A stretch of DNA of 64,000 bases from Phycisphaerae bacterium (GCA_029260135.1 JAJDDV010000109.1:879-64878); one strand, 5' to 3'. Shown: positions 45,427-56,673, numbered from the stretch's first letter. Notes: generated by a model from the letters alone, not told the origin. Made by a program: numbers and translations.

Positions 45427-47331
45427 CTACTTTCCTTTGCGCAGGTGTTGGTCGAAGAACTTGGCGAGTTTTTCGTAGTAGATCAGCCGGTTCTTTTCCT
45501 TGGCGAAGCCATGGCCTTCGTCGGAGAAGTAGAGCTCTTCCACTTTGACGCCGCGTTTCTTGAGTGCGGCGGCCACCTGCTTCGCTTCGCCGATGGGAAC
45601 GCGCGGGTCGTTGTGACCATGGGCGACCATCAGGGGCGTCGTGATCTTGTCGACCTTGTAGATCGGCGAGATGGACTTGAGGAAGTCGGGATCGGAGAGC
45701 GGGCCGTACTCGGCTTCGCGAAGATGACGGCGATAGGCTTTGGTCTGCTGGAGGAAGGTCTCGAAGTTGACGATGCCGACGACGTTACAGGCGGCGCCGA
45801 ACAGTTCGGGCGCTTCGGTGATGACGGCCATGGTCATGAACCCACCGTAGCTTCCGCCCCACGCAGCGACTTTCTTGGGGGCTGAGTAGCCGTTGTCGAT
45901 GACGTACTTGGCGGCCCAGATGCCGTCTTTGACGCTTTTGTGGCGGTTCTTGTAGTTGTCGGCTTCGAGGTAGGCTTTGCCGTAACCGCTGGAGCCTCGG
46001 ACGTTCGGCGCGATGATGCCGTAGCCCTTGGAGAGCAGGTATTGGAACGATCGGCTGAAGGAGGGTCGGTACTGGCCTTCCGGTCCGCCGTGGTAGTAGG
46101 CGATGAAGGGGATCTTGGTGCCTTTCTTGTAGTCCGGCGGCAGGTAGAGGAAGGCGGGGATCTTCGTTCCATCGAAGGAGGGGTAGTGAACGAGCTGAGG
46201 CAAGCGGAACTTGGAGACATCGATGCCCTGGGTGTCGGCTTCGGTGAGGGGCAGGCCTGGGTTTGTGGGGGAGTTGAAGTTCCAGGAGTAGACCACGCCG
46301 GGCGTTTTGGCGTTGTTGAGGGAATAGAGCATGTATTGCCCGTTGAAGCTGAGGTTTCCGACGATGCCCTTTTCCATGGGCGGTGTGGCCATGGGTGAGT
46401 AGTCGTAGGTTCGCCGCAGGTGTACGGTTCGGTATCCGTCCTCGTTGACGGCGACGGCGAAGACCACACGTCTGGGGTGCATCGCGGCGAAGTCGACTTC
46501 TTTGCCTTTGAGTTCGGGGAGGATGGGCGTGAGCTTTCCGGAGCTCAGGTCGATGGCGTGGACGGCGTTGAGATCACCGTGGTAGTCGGTATTGACGAGG
46601 AAATGGCGGTCGTTTTCGGTGTATCCGATCGGGTCGAAGGACCACTTTTCGCCTTTCGGCGTAAGTTCTCGGATGTCATCGGTATTGAGATCGATCTCGA
46701 ACAGCTGGGAGTGCGACGCAGAGTTGTACTTTCCGACGACGAGCTTGGTACCGTCGAGGCTGAAGTCGACGGGATAGTGATACCCCTTGCCGGACATGAC
46801 TTTCTTGCGCGTTCCGGCGGCCATGCTGAAGATGTAGACATGGAAGTCGGAGGGCGAGTCATCGTTGGCGCGGAACGCGAGCGCCTGCGAGTCGCGGCGC
46901 CAGACGACGCTTCCGTAGACGACCTCGGGGTCTTTGAAGATCGGTTTGAGGAGCATGTTCGCGGTGTTCATCAGGAAGAGATCGGCCTGCTCGCTACCGC
47001 CCTGGCTCGCGGTCATCGCAAGCCATCGTCCGTTCTCACTGAGGGCATATCCACCGATGCCGTCTTCGAAGTCGGTTACTTTGATGGCGTCTTTGGGCGT
47101 CTTTCCGTAGGGCACTTTGTAGAGTTGGCGGATTCCGTCGGGGTCGTAGACGTAGTACATCGTCTGATCGGGTGCGAGTTGGACGGCGCGTGGCCAACGA
47201 ATCTTGATGAACTGCGCGATGCCGGATTCGTCGGGTGGCGGGGTCGCGGCGACGGGGCAGGCGTTCGCTGAGAGTAGGGTCGAGACGAGTCCGCCGTAGA
47301 GTGCGAGTTTCAGGCTCTTGGCTGAGTACAT
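45427..47331 (-). CDS. Secreted S9-family peptidase
   Basis: Signal peptide; HGGPE, NVRGSSGYG, GGSYGG, NDPRVP, DEGHGF. Confidence 0.93.
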   Translation of the reverse strand: MYSAKSLKLALYGGLVSTLLSANACPVAATPPPDESGIAQFIKIRWPRAVQLAPDQTMYYVYDPDGIRQLYKVPYGKTPKDAIKVTDFEDGIGGYALSENGRWLAMTASQGGSEQADLFLMNTANMLLKPIFKDPEVVYGSVVWRRDSQALAFRANDDSPSDFHVYIFSMAAGTRKKVMSGKGYHYPVDFSLDGTKLVVGKYNSASHSQLFEIDLNTDDIRELTPKGEKWSFDPIGYTENDRHFLVNTDYHGDLNAVHAIDLSSGKLTPILPELKGKEVDFAAMHPRRVVFAVAVNEDGYRTVHLRRTYDYSPMATPPMEKGIVGNLSFNGQYMLYSLNNAKTPGVVYSWNFNSPTNPGLPLTEADTQGIDVSKFRLPQLVHYPSFDGTKIPAFLYLPPDYKKGTKIPFIAYYHGGPEGQYRPSFSRSFQYLLSKGYGIIAPNVRGSSGYGKAYLEADNYKNRHKSVKDGIWAAKYVIDNGYSAPKKVAAWGGSYGGFMTMAVITEAPELFGAACNVVGIVNFETFLQQTKAYRRHLREAEYGPLSDPDFLKSISPIYKVDKITTPLMVAHGHNDPRVPIGEAKQVAAALKKRGVKVEELYFSDEGHGFAKEKNRLIYYEKLAKFFDQHLRKGK

Positions 47332-47416
47332 CGAGAGTTCCTCCGGTTTTGACCGTTCCTGTCTGTTCGCGTCGTGTGTCGACGGCGAATCTGTCGTTCC
47401 GCTATCGGCATGGACA

Positions 47417-48472
47417 TCATACCGCTGATTGTGATCCGAGTACGTTTCCGAGCACGGTGATGGCGCGTTCGATCTGGTCGCGTGACACATCGAGATGTGT
47501 CACGGCGCGAATGCGCTGCGGCGCCACGGGCAACATCCAGACCCCTTTTTCGCGAAAGGTCTGACAGCGTGACTGTGCGGTTCCGGCGTTTTCGTCCACG
47601 TCAAAGTAGGCGATATTCGTTTCGACGGAATCCGGATCGATCGACAGGCCCGGCATTTCGGCGGCGGCGAGGGCGAGGCGTTTGGCGTTGTCGTGGTCAT
47701 CCGAGAGCCGATCGATGTGGTTTTCGATCGCGTACAGCGCTCCGGCGGCGATGATGCCGGCTTGGCGCATGCCGCCGCCGAACATTTTCCGGAACCGGTG
47801 TACGCGCCGGATGGTTGCAGCGGTACCGGCGACGGCGGATCCGACCGGCGCGCCGAGCCCTTTGGAGAAGCAGGTCGAGACGGTGTCGAAGTATTTGGCA
47901 TACCCGGCCGGTGGAGTTCCGGTGGCGATGCAGGCGTTCATCAGTCTTGCGCCGTCGAGGTGCATTTTCAGATTGTGTGCATCCGCGACCGCGCGGATGG
48001 CGGCGATGCTATCGATCGACCAGACGCTTCCGCCCCCGCGATTGTGGGTGTTCTCGACGACAATGAGCGTGGATTGTGGGAAGTGAGAATCCAGTGGACG
48101 GATCGCCGCTTCGACGTCGGATGCGGTGTAGCGCCCTTGCGGTCCCGGGAGGAGGCGGAGCGAGCAGCCGGAGAGCCCGGAAGGGGCGCCGGCTTCGTAG
48201 TGATAGATGTGGCTGTCGGCGTGTGCGATGATTTCGTCACCGGGCTGGGTCTGGGCACGGATGGCCGTTTGATTGGCCATCGATCCGGAGGGTACGAAGA
48301 TCGCGGCCTCCTTTCCGAGCAGCTCAGCCACCTTCTCCTGCAGTCGGTTGACGGTGGGATCATCGCCGAACACATCATCTCCGACTTGTGCGTCGGCCAT
48401 GGCCTGGCGCATGTCCGGCGTCGGTTTCGTCACGGTGTCACTTCGAAGGTCTACGATGTTTGTGTCAGTCAT
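47417..48472 (-). CDS. ltaE: Low-specificity L-threonine aldolase
   Basis: [43 protein letters not shown]. Confidence 0.95.
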   Translation of the reverse strand: MTDTNIVDLRSDTVTKPTPDMRQAMADAQVGDDVFGDDPTVNRLQEKVAELLGKEAAIFVPSGSMANQTAIRAQTQPGDEIIAHADSHIYHYEAGAPSGLSGCSLRLLPGPQGRYTASDVEAAIRPLDSHFPQSTLIVVENTHNRGGGSVWSIDSIAAIRAVADAHNLKMHLDGARLMNACIATGTPPAGYAKYFDTVSTCFSKGLGAPVGSAVAGTAATIRRVHRFRKMFGGGMRQAGIIAAGALYAIENHIDRLSDDHDNAKRLALAAAEMPGLSIDPDSVETNIAYFDVDENAGTAQSRCQTFREKGVWMLPVAPQRIRAVTHLDVSRDQIERAITVLGNVLGSQSAV

Positions 48473-48526
48473 GCGTTTTCGAGGCTGTGGTTTTGGCGAA
48501 CCTCAGGGTTCACCGCGCAGCCGATC

Positions 48527-48977
48527 CTAAAACTCGTCTCCCGTGTACAGGTGTGCGACGAACTCGCCGTATCCGTTGAAGGGCGTTGACGAGCCCTGCG
48601 ACTTCGAGGGTCCACGGTCTGACGGTCAATGCTTGTGCGTCGCTCCACGCGCGGCGTTTGTCGGCGCTGAACTCGAAGAAGTTGACGTTGGCGGCGGCGA
48701 CCCGTTCATCCGTGACGGGTCGGTCGACCGCAAATGCTGCATTTCGATCTCCCGGCGTGAAGGCGCTGCCGGCGGGCGGAAGCAGCGATGCCGAGAGAAC
48801 GTCGTCGGACGACTCGGTCATCATCGCGGCAGGATCAAGCCCGCAACGTGTTGCGGCTACGCCGAGTCCGGCGATCCCGGCTGCTTTGAGAAACCGGCGC
48901 CGGTTCCAGAAGACGGATTCCGGCGTGGCACGGCCGACATCTACATTCCATGCGCAAGTTTCCGGTCTGCGATGCAT
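48527..48977 (-). pseudogene. msrP: msrP (yedY) with a large out-of-frame internal deletion
   Basis: TPESVFWNRRRFLK Tat signal and NFFEFSADK...RPWTLEVAGLV, joined in another frame to the C-terminal PFNGYGEFVAHLYTGDEF-stop. Confidence 0.8.
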
Positions 48978-49000
48978 ATCCCCCCACGCGCGACCCTGGG

Positions 49001-49495
49001 TCACGCTTTGGCCATCATCTGATGACGAATGCGAGATTCCACCTGAAGCATATTGCCTTCGGCAAGTTGTACGAGGTCGAGCAGGTCGATCATGCTGGAG
49101 ACCTCTTCGACTTGCTCGTCGACGAACCAGTTGAGGAAGCTACGGGTCGGATAGTCTTTCTCCGCCTCGGACAGCGTTACGAGATCGTGGATCATCCGGG
49201 TGACGTTCTTTTCACTTTCGAGGGCGGCCTGGACGATGGCCTCGGCGTCTCTGTAATCGCCCGTCGGGTCGGCCACGGCACCGATCTTCACCGCGCCGCC
49301 GACTTCCTGCACGTACTTCACGATCTTGAGTGCGTGCTCGCGTTCCTCGTCATACTGTTCGTGGAAGCGGTGCGCGAGAACCTTCAGGCCCATTGTGTCG
49401 AATGCGCAGGCCATCGCGAGATAGGCGTGCGCCGCGGAGAACTCGGCCGCGATTTGTTCATTCAGCTTGGCGTTCATCGTCTCGGAGATCATCAT
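49001..49495 (-). CDS. ftnA: Non-heme ferritin
   Basis: LNEQIAAEF, EEREHA, FLNWFVDEQVEE. Confidence 0.93.
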   Translation of the reverse strand: MMISETMNAKLNEQIAAEFSAAHAYLAMACAFDTMGLKVLAHRFHEQYDEEREHALKIVKYVQEVGGAVKIGAVADPTGDYRDAEAIVQAALESEKNVTRMIHDLVTLSEAEKDYPTRSFLNWFVDEQVEEVSSMIDLLDLVQLAEGNMLQVESRIRHQMMAKA

Positions 49496-49840
49496 CGTTG
49501 TGTTCCTATTTGGTTGCAGGTTCCTGAGCTACGTTGTCCCCACGCGTGCGCGGCCTCGGTCAGGGGATCCGCGAGCGTCGTTCGCTTCGATCTTTCGCGG
49601 GAAGCACTACGCCGGCGTCTTCGGCGGGATCGCTCGAAGATCCGACCCGCGCCGCCGGCTGCCCGGTATCGCCTCATCTCCCGTTTTTGCCCCCTCTTGG
49701 CGGTGATGGTACGGTCTGCGCTCGGCAGGGTCAACGTGGGCCGGAGGGGGGAAGGCGAGGCGTCGCAGTGACGCGTGCGCGCCGTTGGGTGTCCTGGAAA
49801 TGAGCCGCGCGATGCTGCGTCGGCGACGTCGCGAGCGGGC

Positions 49841-52408
49841 TCATGCGACGGGATGGGGGCTCAGGCGACGCCGGATCGTTGCGATCAGGACCTTCCGGTC
49901 CACCGGCTTGGAGGCGTAGTCATCGCAGCCGGCGTCGATGCACTTGTCGCGATCGGACGCCATGGCGTGTGCGGTGAGCGCGATGATCGGTCCGACGTAT
50001 CCCTTTTCGCGCAGTGTGCGCGTTGCGGCGTAGCCGTCCATGACCGGCATCTGCATGTCCATCAGGATCAGGTCGATGGGGCGTGGTGCGTCGGCATGGC
50101 GCTGGTGGAGGGTGGCACTGAGGGCGGCATCGACGGCCTGCTGACCATTTTCGACGACGGTTATGGCGGCACCGGCTTTTCGGAGAATGTGCGAGATAAG
50201 CCTCTGATTGTCGATCCCGTCGTCGGCGAGAAGGATGTGGCAGTCGAGCCTTTTCTGATCGGCGTCGCCCTCGAGGCAGGCGTCCTCTGGAAGGAACCCG
50301 AGCGCCGCTTCCGAAACGTCGGTCAACATACGAACGCCGTCGAGCGTTCCGGTGGCAACGGTGACCGAGAACGTCGTGCCTTCGCCGAACCGGCTGGTTA
50401 CGGCAATCTCTCCGCCGAGCATCGTCACGAGGCGTTTGCTGATGGTCAGGCCCAGTCCCGTTCCGCCAAACCGGCGTGTGGTGGACGAATCGGCTTGCGT
50501 GAAGGGTTCGAACAGTTTCTCCCGTTGCGCTTCCGTAAGGCCGATCCCGGTGTCGATGATGTCGAACTGCATCATGGGATTCGGAGCGTCGGACAGGAAG
50601 TGGGTGACGAGTCGAACGCTGCCTTTCTCCGTAAACTTGATGGCGTTTCCGACGAGGTTGATGAGGATCTGTCGCAATCGCGTCGGATCGCTTTGAATGG
50701 TCTCAGGGATGGGTCCTTTATACTCACAATGGAACTGCACGCCCTTGGCCAGCGTTCGCGCCCGCGAAAGGGACGCCACTTCGGCCGTTACGCTGCACGG
50801 CGAGCAGAGGATGCACTCGATGTCGAGACGCCCCGCCTCGATCTTTGAAATGTCCAGGATGTCGTTGATGAGCGTCAGCAGATGTTCGGCGTTTCGACGG
50901 ATGGTCTGGATGCAGTCGAGACGTTCAGACGGCGATAGCTGCGCTTCCATCAGGTTTTCGGAGAACCCGAGAATCGCCGTCATGGGTGTGCGGATCTCAT
51001 GACTCATGTTGGCCAGGAACGAGCTCTTGGCTTCGTTGGCTTCATCCGCCGCGGCGCGTGCTTCCTGATAGGCGAGGTTGGACTGCTCGAGCGCTGCTGC
51101 GTATTCCTTCAACTCCTTTTCGGATCGTTTTCGGTCGGTAATGTCGCGGATGATTCCCGTGAACAATCGGCGCGCGCCCAGTCGCAGTTCGCTGACATGC
51201 AGGTCCAACGGTATGGTCGATCCGTCCTTGCGCCGACCGACGACTTCCTGCCGTTGGCCGATGACCCGCCTATCGCCGCTGTGGACGTACCGCTGAATGT
51301 ACCCCTCATGGGCTTCTCGATGAGGTGACGGCATGAGGACGCCGACCGAGGTGCCGACGATCTCCGCTGCCTTGAATCCGAACGTTCTCTCCGCCGCGGC
51401 GTTGTATGATTCGATCGCTCCGCGCTCGTCGATCGTGATGATCCCGTCCGGTGCGGATTCGAGCAGTGCGCGGTTCCGTGCGCTGGCCTCGGCGAGTTGC
51501 CCACTCCGTTCGACCAGGTGCTTCATCAGTGTGTGCTGGCGCCGGCTGTACCCGCCGATCAGAATGATCATCACCAATCCGCATCCGAGCGACATCCATC
51601 GAACCGTAGAGCCGAGCAGGTCGACCGAACCGAGCAGGTCTTTCTGGCGATCGGCGGTCACGACATACCAGGAAGGAGCGTCGATCCCAGAGGGGAAGTC
51701 AATATGCAGGAACTTCTTCATGATCGGCCCCATTCCGAGGCATTCTTGCTCGTTCACATGGAGGTTGATCCGATCTGGAAGCTCGGGGCCGAGCTGTGCG
51801 ATGAGTCGGCCACTGGCATCCGCCAGTCCCGCCCACCAATCAGGGTTGATCTTGAGGAACGCGTTGGACGCGAGTGCCCCGCGCAACGTACCGAGGAACT
51901 CCTTCTCATCGAACTCGACAAAGATCGGGACGGTCACGATAAACGTATCGCCCGCCGGCTCAATGGTACCTCGCTGTTTCCCTTTCTCGAACATGCCACG
52001 GCGCGTCTCTGCGTATTTGATGATCGTCCCGGCCAGCGCAACTGAGGAAGACGTCAGGATCTTTCCGTCCGCGGTTACGCATGAGATTTCCCGCAGCGAT
52101 GTGGAACGTTCGGCGACCGCTTCGAGGAACCCCTCGATTTCATTGTTGACGTCGTTCGCGAGAATCTCCGCCATCACCGGCTGGCGAGCCCAGGATTCCA
52201 TGTCGTCGACCAGCGATGAGATCGAGTCCTCCACCGACGCCTTGAGGAACGCCACCTCACGTTCCTGGTGTTCATCGGCCGATTGCCGTATCGACTCGGC
52301 GCTTTGGCGATAGACGAGGTAACCAGCACCAAGGATGACGCTCAGCAGTGCGGCGCAGAGGCCCAGGAGTGGTTTCATCCCCGGGAGGGGGTCACGGGGA
52401 CGGGCCAT
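49841..52408 (-). CDS. Hybrid sensor histidine kinase (periplasmic sensor, PAS, HisKA, HATPase, REC)
   Basis: Two TM segments; FLANMSHEIRTPM; NLVGNAIKFT; DTGIG; GGTGLGL; LMDMQMP. Confidence 0.95.
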   Translation of the reverse strand: MARPRDPLPGMKPLLGLCAALLSVILGAGYLVYRQSAESIRQSADEHQEREVAFLKASVEDSISSLVDDMESWARQPVMAEILANDVNNEIEGFLEAVAERSTSLREISCVTADGKILTSSSVALAGTIIKYAETRRGMFEKGKQRGTIEPAGDTFIVTVPIFVEFDEKEFLGTLRGALASNAFLKINPDWWAGLADASGRLIAQLGPELPDRINLHVNEQECLGMGPIMKKFLHIDFPSGIDAPSWYVVTADRQKDLLGSVDLLGSTVRWMSLGCGLVMIILIGGYSRRQHTLMKHLVERSGQLAEASARNRALLESAPDGIITIDERGAIESYNAAAERTFGFKAAEIVGTSVGVLMPSPHREAHEGYIQRYVHSGDRRVIGQRQEVVGRRKDGSTIPLDLHVSELRLGARRLFTGIIRDITDRKRSEKELKEYAAALEQSNLAYQEARAAADEANEAKSSFLANMSHEIRTPMTAILGFSENLMEAQLSPSERLDCIQTIRRNAEHLLTLINDILDISKIEAGRLDIECILCSPCSVTAEVASLSRARTLAKGVQFHCEYKGPIPETIQSDPTRLRQILINLVGNAIKFTEKGSVRLVTHFLSDAPNPMMQFDIIDTGIGLTEAQREKLFEPFTQADSSTTRRFGGTGLGLTISKRLVTMLGGEIAVTSRFGEGTTFSVTVATGTLDGVRMLTDVSEAALGFLPEDACLEGDADQKRLDCHILLADDGIDNQRLISHILRKAGAAITVVENGQQAVDAALSATLHQRHADAPRPIDLILMDMQMPVMDGYAATRTLREKGYVGPIIALTAHAMASDRDKCIDAGCDDYASKPVDRKVLIATIRRRLSPHPVA

Positions 52409-52901
52409 GCACGCTCACCTCAATGATCGAGACGACCTTCACGGTGTCGTCAGTGTCCCGTTCTTCGATGTAGCCGATGCCCCCCTTGACCCTTGAAAGG
52501 TACTCTTTGACCAACCTGGCGGATCGACAGGCCTTGGGCGCTTTGAGACCGCGGGTGAGCTTGAGGTTCAGCCAGTACTCTCTGAGTTGCTCCGGTGTTT
52601 TTCCCAGGACGGCGATCGAGAACAGTGAGCGAATGGGATTCCTGGTGTGTCGTTCGTATACGGTGATCGGCCACTGGTTCGGCCACACGGTTTTTTGTCG
52701 AAGGAAGATGCGGCGAAGCTGAGTTTCGTTCAGCTTGTCGACCGGGTTCTTGCTGCTCACGACGACGGCGATGCGCTTCCTCGCTTTGCCATCCACCCTC
52801 TTGGGCTTCGACTCAGGCTGCTGCCCAATACTGAGCGACAGTAGCAGCAAGCTCAAAATGCTCGTTTTCAAGGTCATTGCAGATGACAACCAGGTCGTCA
52901 C
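52392..52901 (-). CDS. Small PstS-like periplasmic binding protein
   Basis: IAVVVSSKNPVDKL...LRRIFL...GGIGYI; overlaps both neighbours. Confidence 0.75.
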   Translation of the reverse strand: MTTWLSSAMTLKTSILSLLLLSLSIGQQPESKPKRVDGKARKRIAVVVSSKNPVDKLNETQLRRIFLRQKTVWPNQWPITVYERHTRNPIRSLFSIAVLGKTPEQLREYWLNLKLTRGLKAPKACRSARLVKEYLSRVKGGIGYIEERDTDDTVKVVSIIEVSVHGPSP

Positions 52902-54109
52902 TAGAAGGCAATCGCGATCGATGCGGCGACACCGTCCGCGTCCTCGCCTTCGGACCGGGCGGAATGAAAGTACTCCAACTTCAGCGAGACATCGGGAATC
53001 GGTCGGTAGTTGACACCGAGGGTGTGTTCCTGCGTTTCGCCTTCATGCTCGATGTTCATCAGGTCGTACCGGTAGAAGGCGGCCCACTGTTCGTCCCACC
53101 GATAGCTGGGTTGCAGGTAGAATCCGGTGCGGTCCTCGGTAGCATCCCGCTTGGCGAGTTCGGTGAGCAGCTCCCAGGGGCCGGTACGGAGCTGGGCGTC
53201 GACCCCCCACGTAAAGACGCGATCCTCGCCGGATGGGCTCTCGTGATAGGCGCTGAGTCCCAGGTTCAGCGTGTCGACGGTGTCATTGGTCGGTACGTGC
53301 CACGTCAACTTCCCACCGATCGCCTTGCCTTCGTTGTCGTCGTGTTTCGTGAAGTAGACGGATCGGCCGTTGCCCACGTAACCGGTGTAGGTGATCCCGT
53401 GCTTTTCACCGTATCGACTTCCGTACGCCATCAGCCCGACGAACGATTCTCGGAAGACCTTGCGCACCATGAGTGGGCGGCGTGTCGGCAGGACGACGAT
53501 GGGATAGTGGTTGACGTTCCAATACCCCGGCGTGAGGATGAGGCCGCCGCGCAGCGTCAGCGCGTCGCTGTGGACATACTCGCTCCAGACCTGCTCCACC
53601 TTGACCTCGCCTCGGGCCTCCTCCAGGTCGTCCGCTCCGTCTCCTTCGAACTTCGCACCGAATTCAAACTCGAACTCAGAGAAGAGCCTCCACTGATCCC
53701 ACTCCTTGGTCAGGTGAAGCGAGAGGTGGTGTTGGCGGAACTCGCCTGGACTGTCGTCGCGGTTGTCGTTGAAGTACTCGAAGTCGTAGTATCCCGACAG
53801 CGTCGGCATCTGGTCGAGCCTGTCCTGGAAATCGAAGAAGTCATCACGAAGTTCTTCCAGGCCTTCATCGCACTCCCGCGGGAAGGCTTGCCCGCCTGCC
53901 TGCCTCTCGGCCGCGCCGAGCTTCTGGAGGATCTCGGTCTGACTCGACTCGAGCGCTTCAATGCGCTCGAGCAGACGCTGATTCAACGCTTGCTGCGCCT
54001 TCAGTGAGGCGGCAAGTGCGGCGAGGTCGTCGCCTTCCTGGGCGTGCGTGTACGGTGCGATGGTTGCGCCCAGGGACATGACTGCGATGAGTGATTGTGT
54101 CCGAATCAT
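52901..54109 (-). CDS. Outer-membrane porin-like beta-barrel with N-terminal coiled coil
   Basis: Signal peptide; alternating beta-strand patterns; terminal Phe (ASIAIAF). Confidence 0.75.
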   Translation of the reverse strand: MIRTQSLIAVMSLGATIAPYTHAQEGDDLAALAASLKAQQALNQRLLERIEALESSQTEILQKLGAAERQAGGQAFPRECDEGLEELRDDFFDFQDRLDQMPTLSGYYDFEYFNDNRDDSPGEFRQHHLSLHLTKEWDQWRLFSEFEFEFGAKFEGDGADDLEEARGEVKVEQVWSEYVHSDALTLRGGLILTPGYWNVNHYPIVVLPTRRPLMVRKVFRESFVGLMAYGSRYGEKHGITYTGYVGNGRSVYFTKHDDNEGKAIGGKLTWHVPTNDTVDTLNLGLSAYHESPSGEDRVFTWGVDAQLRTGPWELLTELAKRDATEDRTGFYLQPSYRWDEQWAAFYRYDLMNIEHEGETQEHTLGVNYRPIPDVSLKLEYFHSARSEGEDADGVAASIAIAF

Positions 54110-54354
54110 TCGGAGGCCTCGCGGATCGGTCACTGGCGGATCGGAAACGAGCCGTTGCGCCGGCCGAGCGTTCGTTCGTCCCCCCAATGAATGACCTATC
54201 GGACAGGCTGGAACGGCTCTGAAACCGAGCCGAAGGCAAACCCGGCCATGGGAATGGCCAGCCACTGCGGATCCTCAAGAGGAAGGCATGCGCGGGTCTC
54301 TCGGAAGTGAGAATATGCGGCAAGGGTCGTGTGGGTGGCACCCTCCAAGCGGGC

Positions 54355-55932
54355 TCACGGGTTATGGGACGGAGCGGTCACGTCTGAGATCGTGTTTTCG
54401 GGGCGATGTATCTCACGGATCAGGCGTTGATACTCGGGATGATCGAGGATCATGGTTCGGCCCATCCCGATCAGGTCGTCGACGTCGGACGGCGGCAGGA
54501 AGAAGCTCGTCCGCATGGACAGGAATCGCTCGCGCTCGGCCTGATCGGCGATGCGCTTGAAGTCCAGCACGATGAGGTACTGCTCGACGGCATCGATCGC
54601 GCGGGGCGACGGTTTTGGCGCGTCGGGACAATGTGTCTTGAACACGGTCTCATACGAGTCTGCGACTTGTTCGCAGACCCGAGTGTCTTCCACCATCAAG
54701 TGCTTGATGATCGCGATAAGGGCCTTGCTGTAGTTTCGCATGCTGGTGATGGCCGTCTTGTACCCGACGCGCAGCAATCCCGGCGCTGAAGACTGACTCT
54801 CGATGTCCTGCGGCGGATTCGTGCCCACATCGACGACGATCACCATCAGTCGTTTGATCTTGCGCGCCTCGACAAGTCGGCGGATTTCTCCCGATCGGTA
54901 CGCTCGAATGACATAGGTCAGACCGAGGTTGTCCGCCAGCCCGCCATCGACAAGGTACAGATACTTGTGCCTCTTGACATCGAAAGCAGGGCGAGGCCCC
55001 CGATCAGAAGCTCGCCGCGGTACCAGCAGATCTTTCGCCCAGGCACGGCGGGGAGGGTCATTCGTTTTCTCGTTGTCATCCGCGACGACGGCGTGAAGGG
55101 CTTGGGACATGGCGGGTCCGTCATGGTACTTCAATCGCATCGGGCTCAGCAGAAGGGGAAATGCGGATGACGCCGCGACCGACCAGCCTAGCGGCACGGA
55201 ACCGAGATCCGAGCCGAGCAGATCGAAGGAGCCCTGCGTGAACTCGAAGACTTGCTCACGCGAAAGATCGGTTGCGTTGACCACGATGAAGGGTCGATCG
55301 TTTCGCCGAAGCAGATCAGCGTAGGTGCCGCCATGGAAGATCTCGGTATCATAGTACGAGGCCGCAAGATCGATGCGATCGAGAACGACCCACGGCAACT
55401 GCAACAGATTCAACGGTCGGAGGATAAGCTTCAGGAGCAGCGACTGGATGTTGCTCTTCAGGAACCTGCGTTCGAACGTGCCGTCGAAGAGGCGATCGCG
55501 TTGCAGCACCCAGGCGGCGGCGGTGAACGATCCGCCCGATACCGACGACACGATGTCCACTTCATCCAGCATCCGCCGCGCGGGTCCACCCTGCGCGTTC
55601 GATGGGATCGCGGTCTCTCGAAGCCCCCGCAAGACGCCATAGGAGAATGCGGCCGCTCGTGTACCGCCGCCGGAGAAGGTCAGACAGATGAACAAGTCGT
55701 CGGTGTTGCCGCTTCCGAGTTCGAGGGCATCGAAACGATAACCGCTCCGCGCGTCGAAGGCCTCCAGTGGCGCGTTCTTGTAGAGCGGGCCCAGACATCC
55801 GCCAAGAAAGCCGCTCCAGATGACCAGGAGGTACAGTCCCGGACGAGGTACGCAGGGCGTGATGCCGGTGCGATTCCATCGTTGCCCGTTTGAACACTGT
55901 TCCTTCGCGCTACGCAACGAAAGATCTCTCAT
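54355..55932 (-). CDS. Patatin-like phospholipase (probable lipoprotein)
   Basis: FSGGGTRAA, SSVSGGS, LVDGG; LGGC lipobox; start uncertain. Confidence 0.88.
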   Translation of the reverse strand: MRDLSLRSAKEQCSNGQRWNRTGITPCVPRPGLYLLVIWSGFLGGCLGPLYKNAPLEAFDARSGYRFDALELGSGNTDDLFICLTFSGGGTRAAAFSYGVLRGLRETAIPSNAQGGPARRMLDEVDIVSSVSGGSFTAAAWVLQRDRLFDGTFERRFLKSNIQSLLLKLILRPLNLLQLPWVVLDRIDLAASYYDTEIFHGGTYADLLRRNDRPFIVVNATDLSREQVFEFTQGSFDLLGSDLGSVPLGWSVAASSAFPLLLSPMRLKYHDGPAMSQALHAVVADDNEKTNDPPRRAWAKDLLVPRRASDRGPRPAFDVKRHKYLYLVDGGLADNLGLTYVIRAYRSGEIRRLVEARKIKRLMVIVVDVGTNPPQDIESQSSAPGLLRVGYKTAITSMRNYSKALIAIIKHLMVEDTRVCEQVADSYETVFKTHCPDAPKPSPRAIDAVEQYLIVLDFKRIADQAERERFLSMRTSFFLPPSDVDDLIGMGRTMILDHPEYQRLIREIHRPENTISDVTAPSHNP

Positions 55933-56100
55933 TCGGGGGGGAACTCGCGCCCGTACGCCCGGCACGCTTCGTCCCGATGTTACCGCCTGCTGAAAAAGTA
56001 TGCGGAGCAGGCTTCCCATGGTGTCGACCCGCACTGGGGCGCCTGAGATGACCGAGTGGAAAGTCGGTCCCACCGCCAGACTGAGTTCTTCAACAGGCTT

Positions 56101-56673
56101 CTAAGGGCCGTTTGTTGGAGAATCCGGGGGCGGCGTCGAACCGGTCAGCCGCTCCACAATGTCTTCGAGGATGCGGCGCTCTGCGATCTTGTTCCGCCGG
56201 ATCGTGCGCCAGACCGTGTTTTGCTCCGGCGTGGTCCCCGCGCCGCGATCGATCGGCGTCTCACCCGGTCGATCCGTTGTGGCCAGATCGTGTTGGAGGA
56301 TTCGGTGCGTCTCTGTCAGCCGTTCCTGAATCGCCGCTTGGCAATACACGTTGACGGTATCCGCCGTCGCCGCCACGCGCACGCGAACGACACGTCGAAG
56401 ATCACCGCGCGAGCTGATGCGGACACCGGTGCGTTCCCCATGGCGGGAATGAGAGGTCGGGCGCGTCGTCAGCAGACCGGCGGCCCTGTCGGCGTGGTCA
56501 ATCGCGTAGCCCAGTTCATCGAGCGTGGATCTGGCGGCTGCGTATGCCGCCGCGCGGTCGCCGCCAGGAAAGTGTCGCACGCCATAGGTGATCGGCGCGG
56601 ATCCCGGCGCTGCGCACCCGGCAAGTACCATACAGGCAAGAGACCACCAGACGCTCTGACGGGCGCGCTTCAT
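56101..56673 (-). CDS. Hypothetical lipoprotein
   Basis: MKRARQSVWWSLACMVLAGC lipobox. Confidence 0.7.
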   Translation of the reverse strand: MKRARQSVWWSLACMVLAGCAAPGSAPITYGVRHFPGGDRAAAYAAARSTLDELGYAIDHADRAAGLLTTRPTSHSRHGERTGVRISSRGDLRRVVRVRVAATADTVNVYCQAAIQERLTETHRILQHDLATTDRPGETPIDRGAGTTPEQNTVWRTIRRNKIAERRILEDIVERLTGSTPPPDSPTNGP

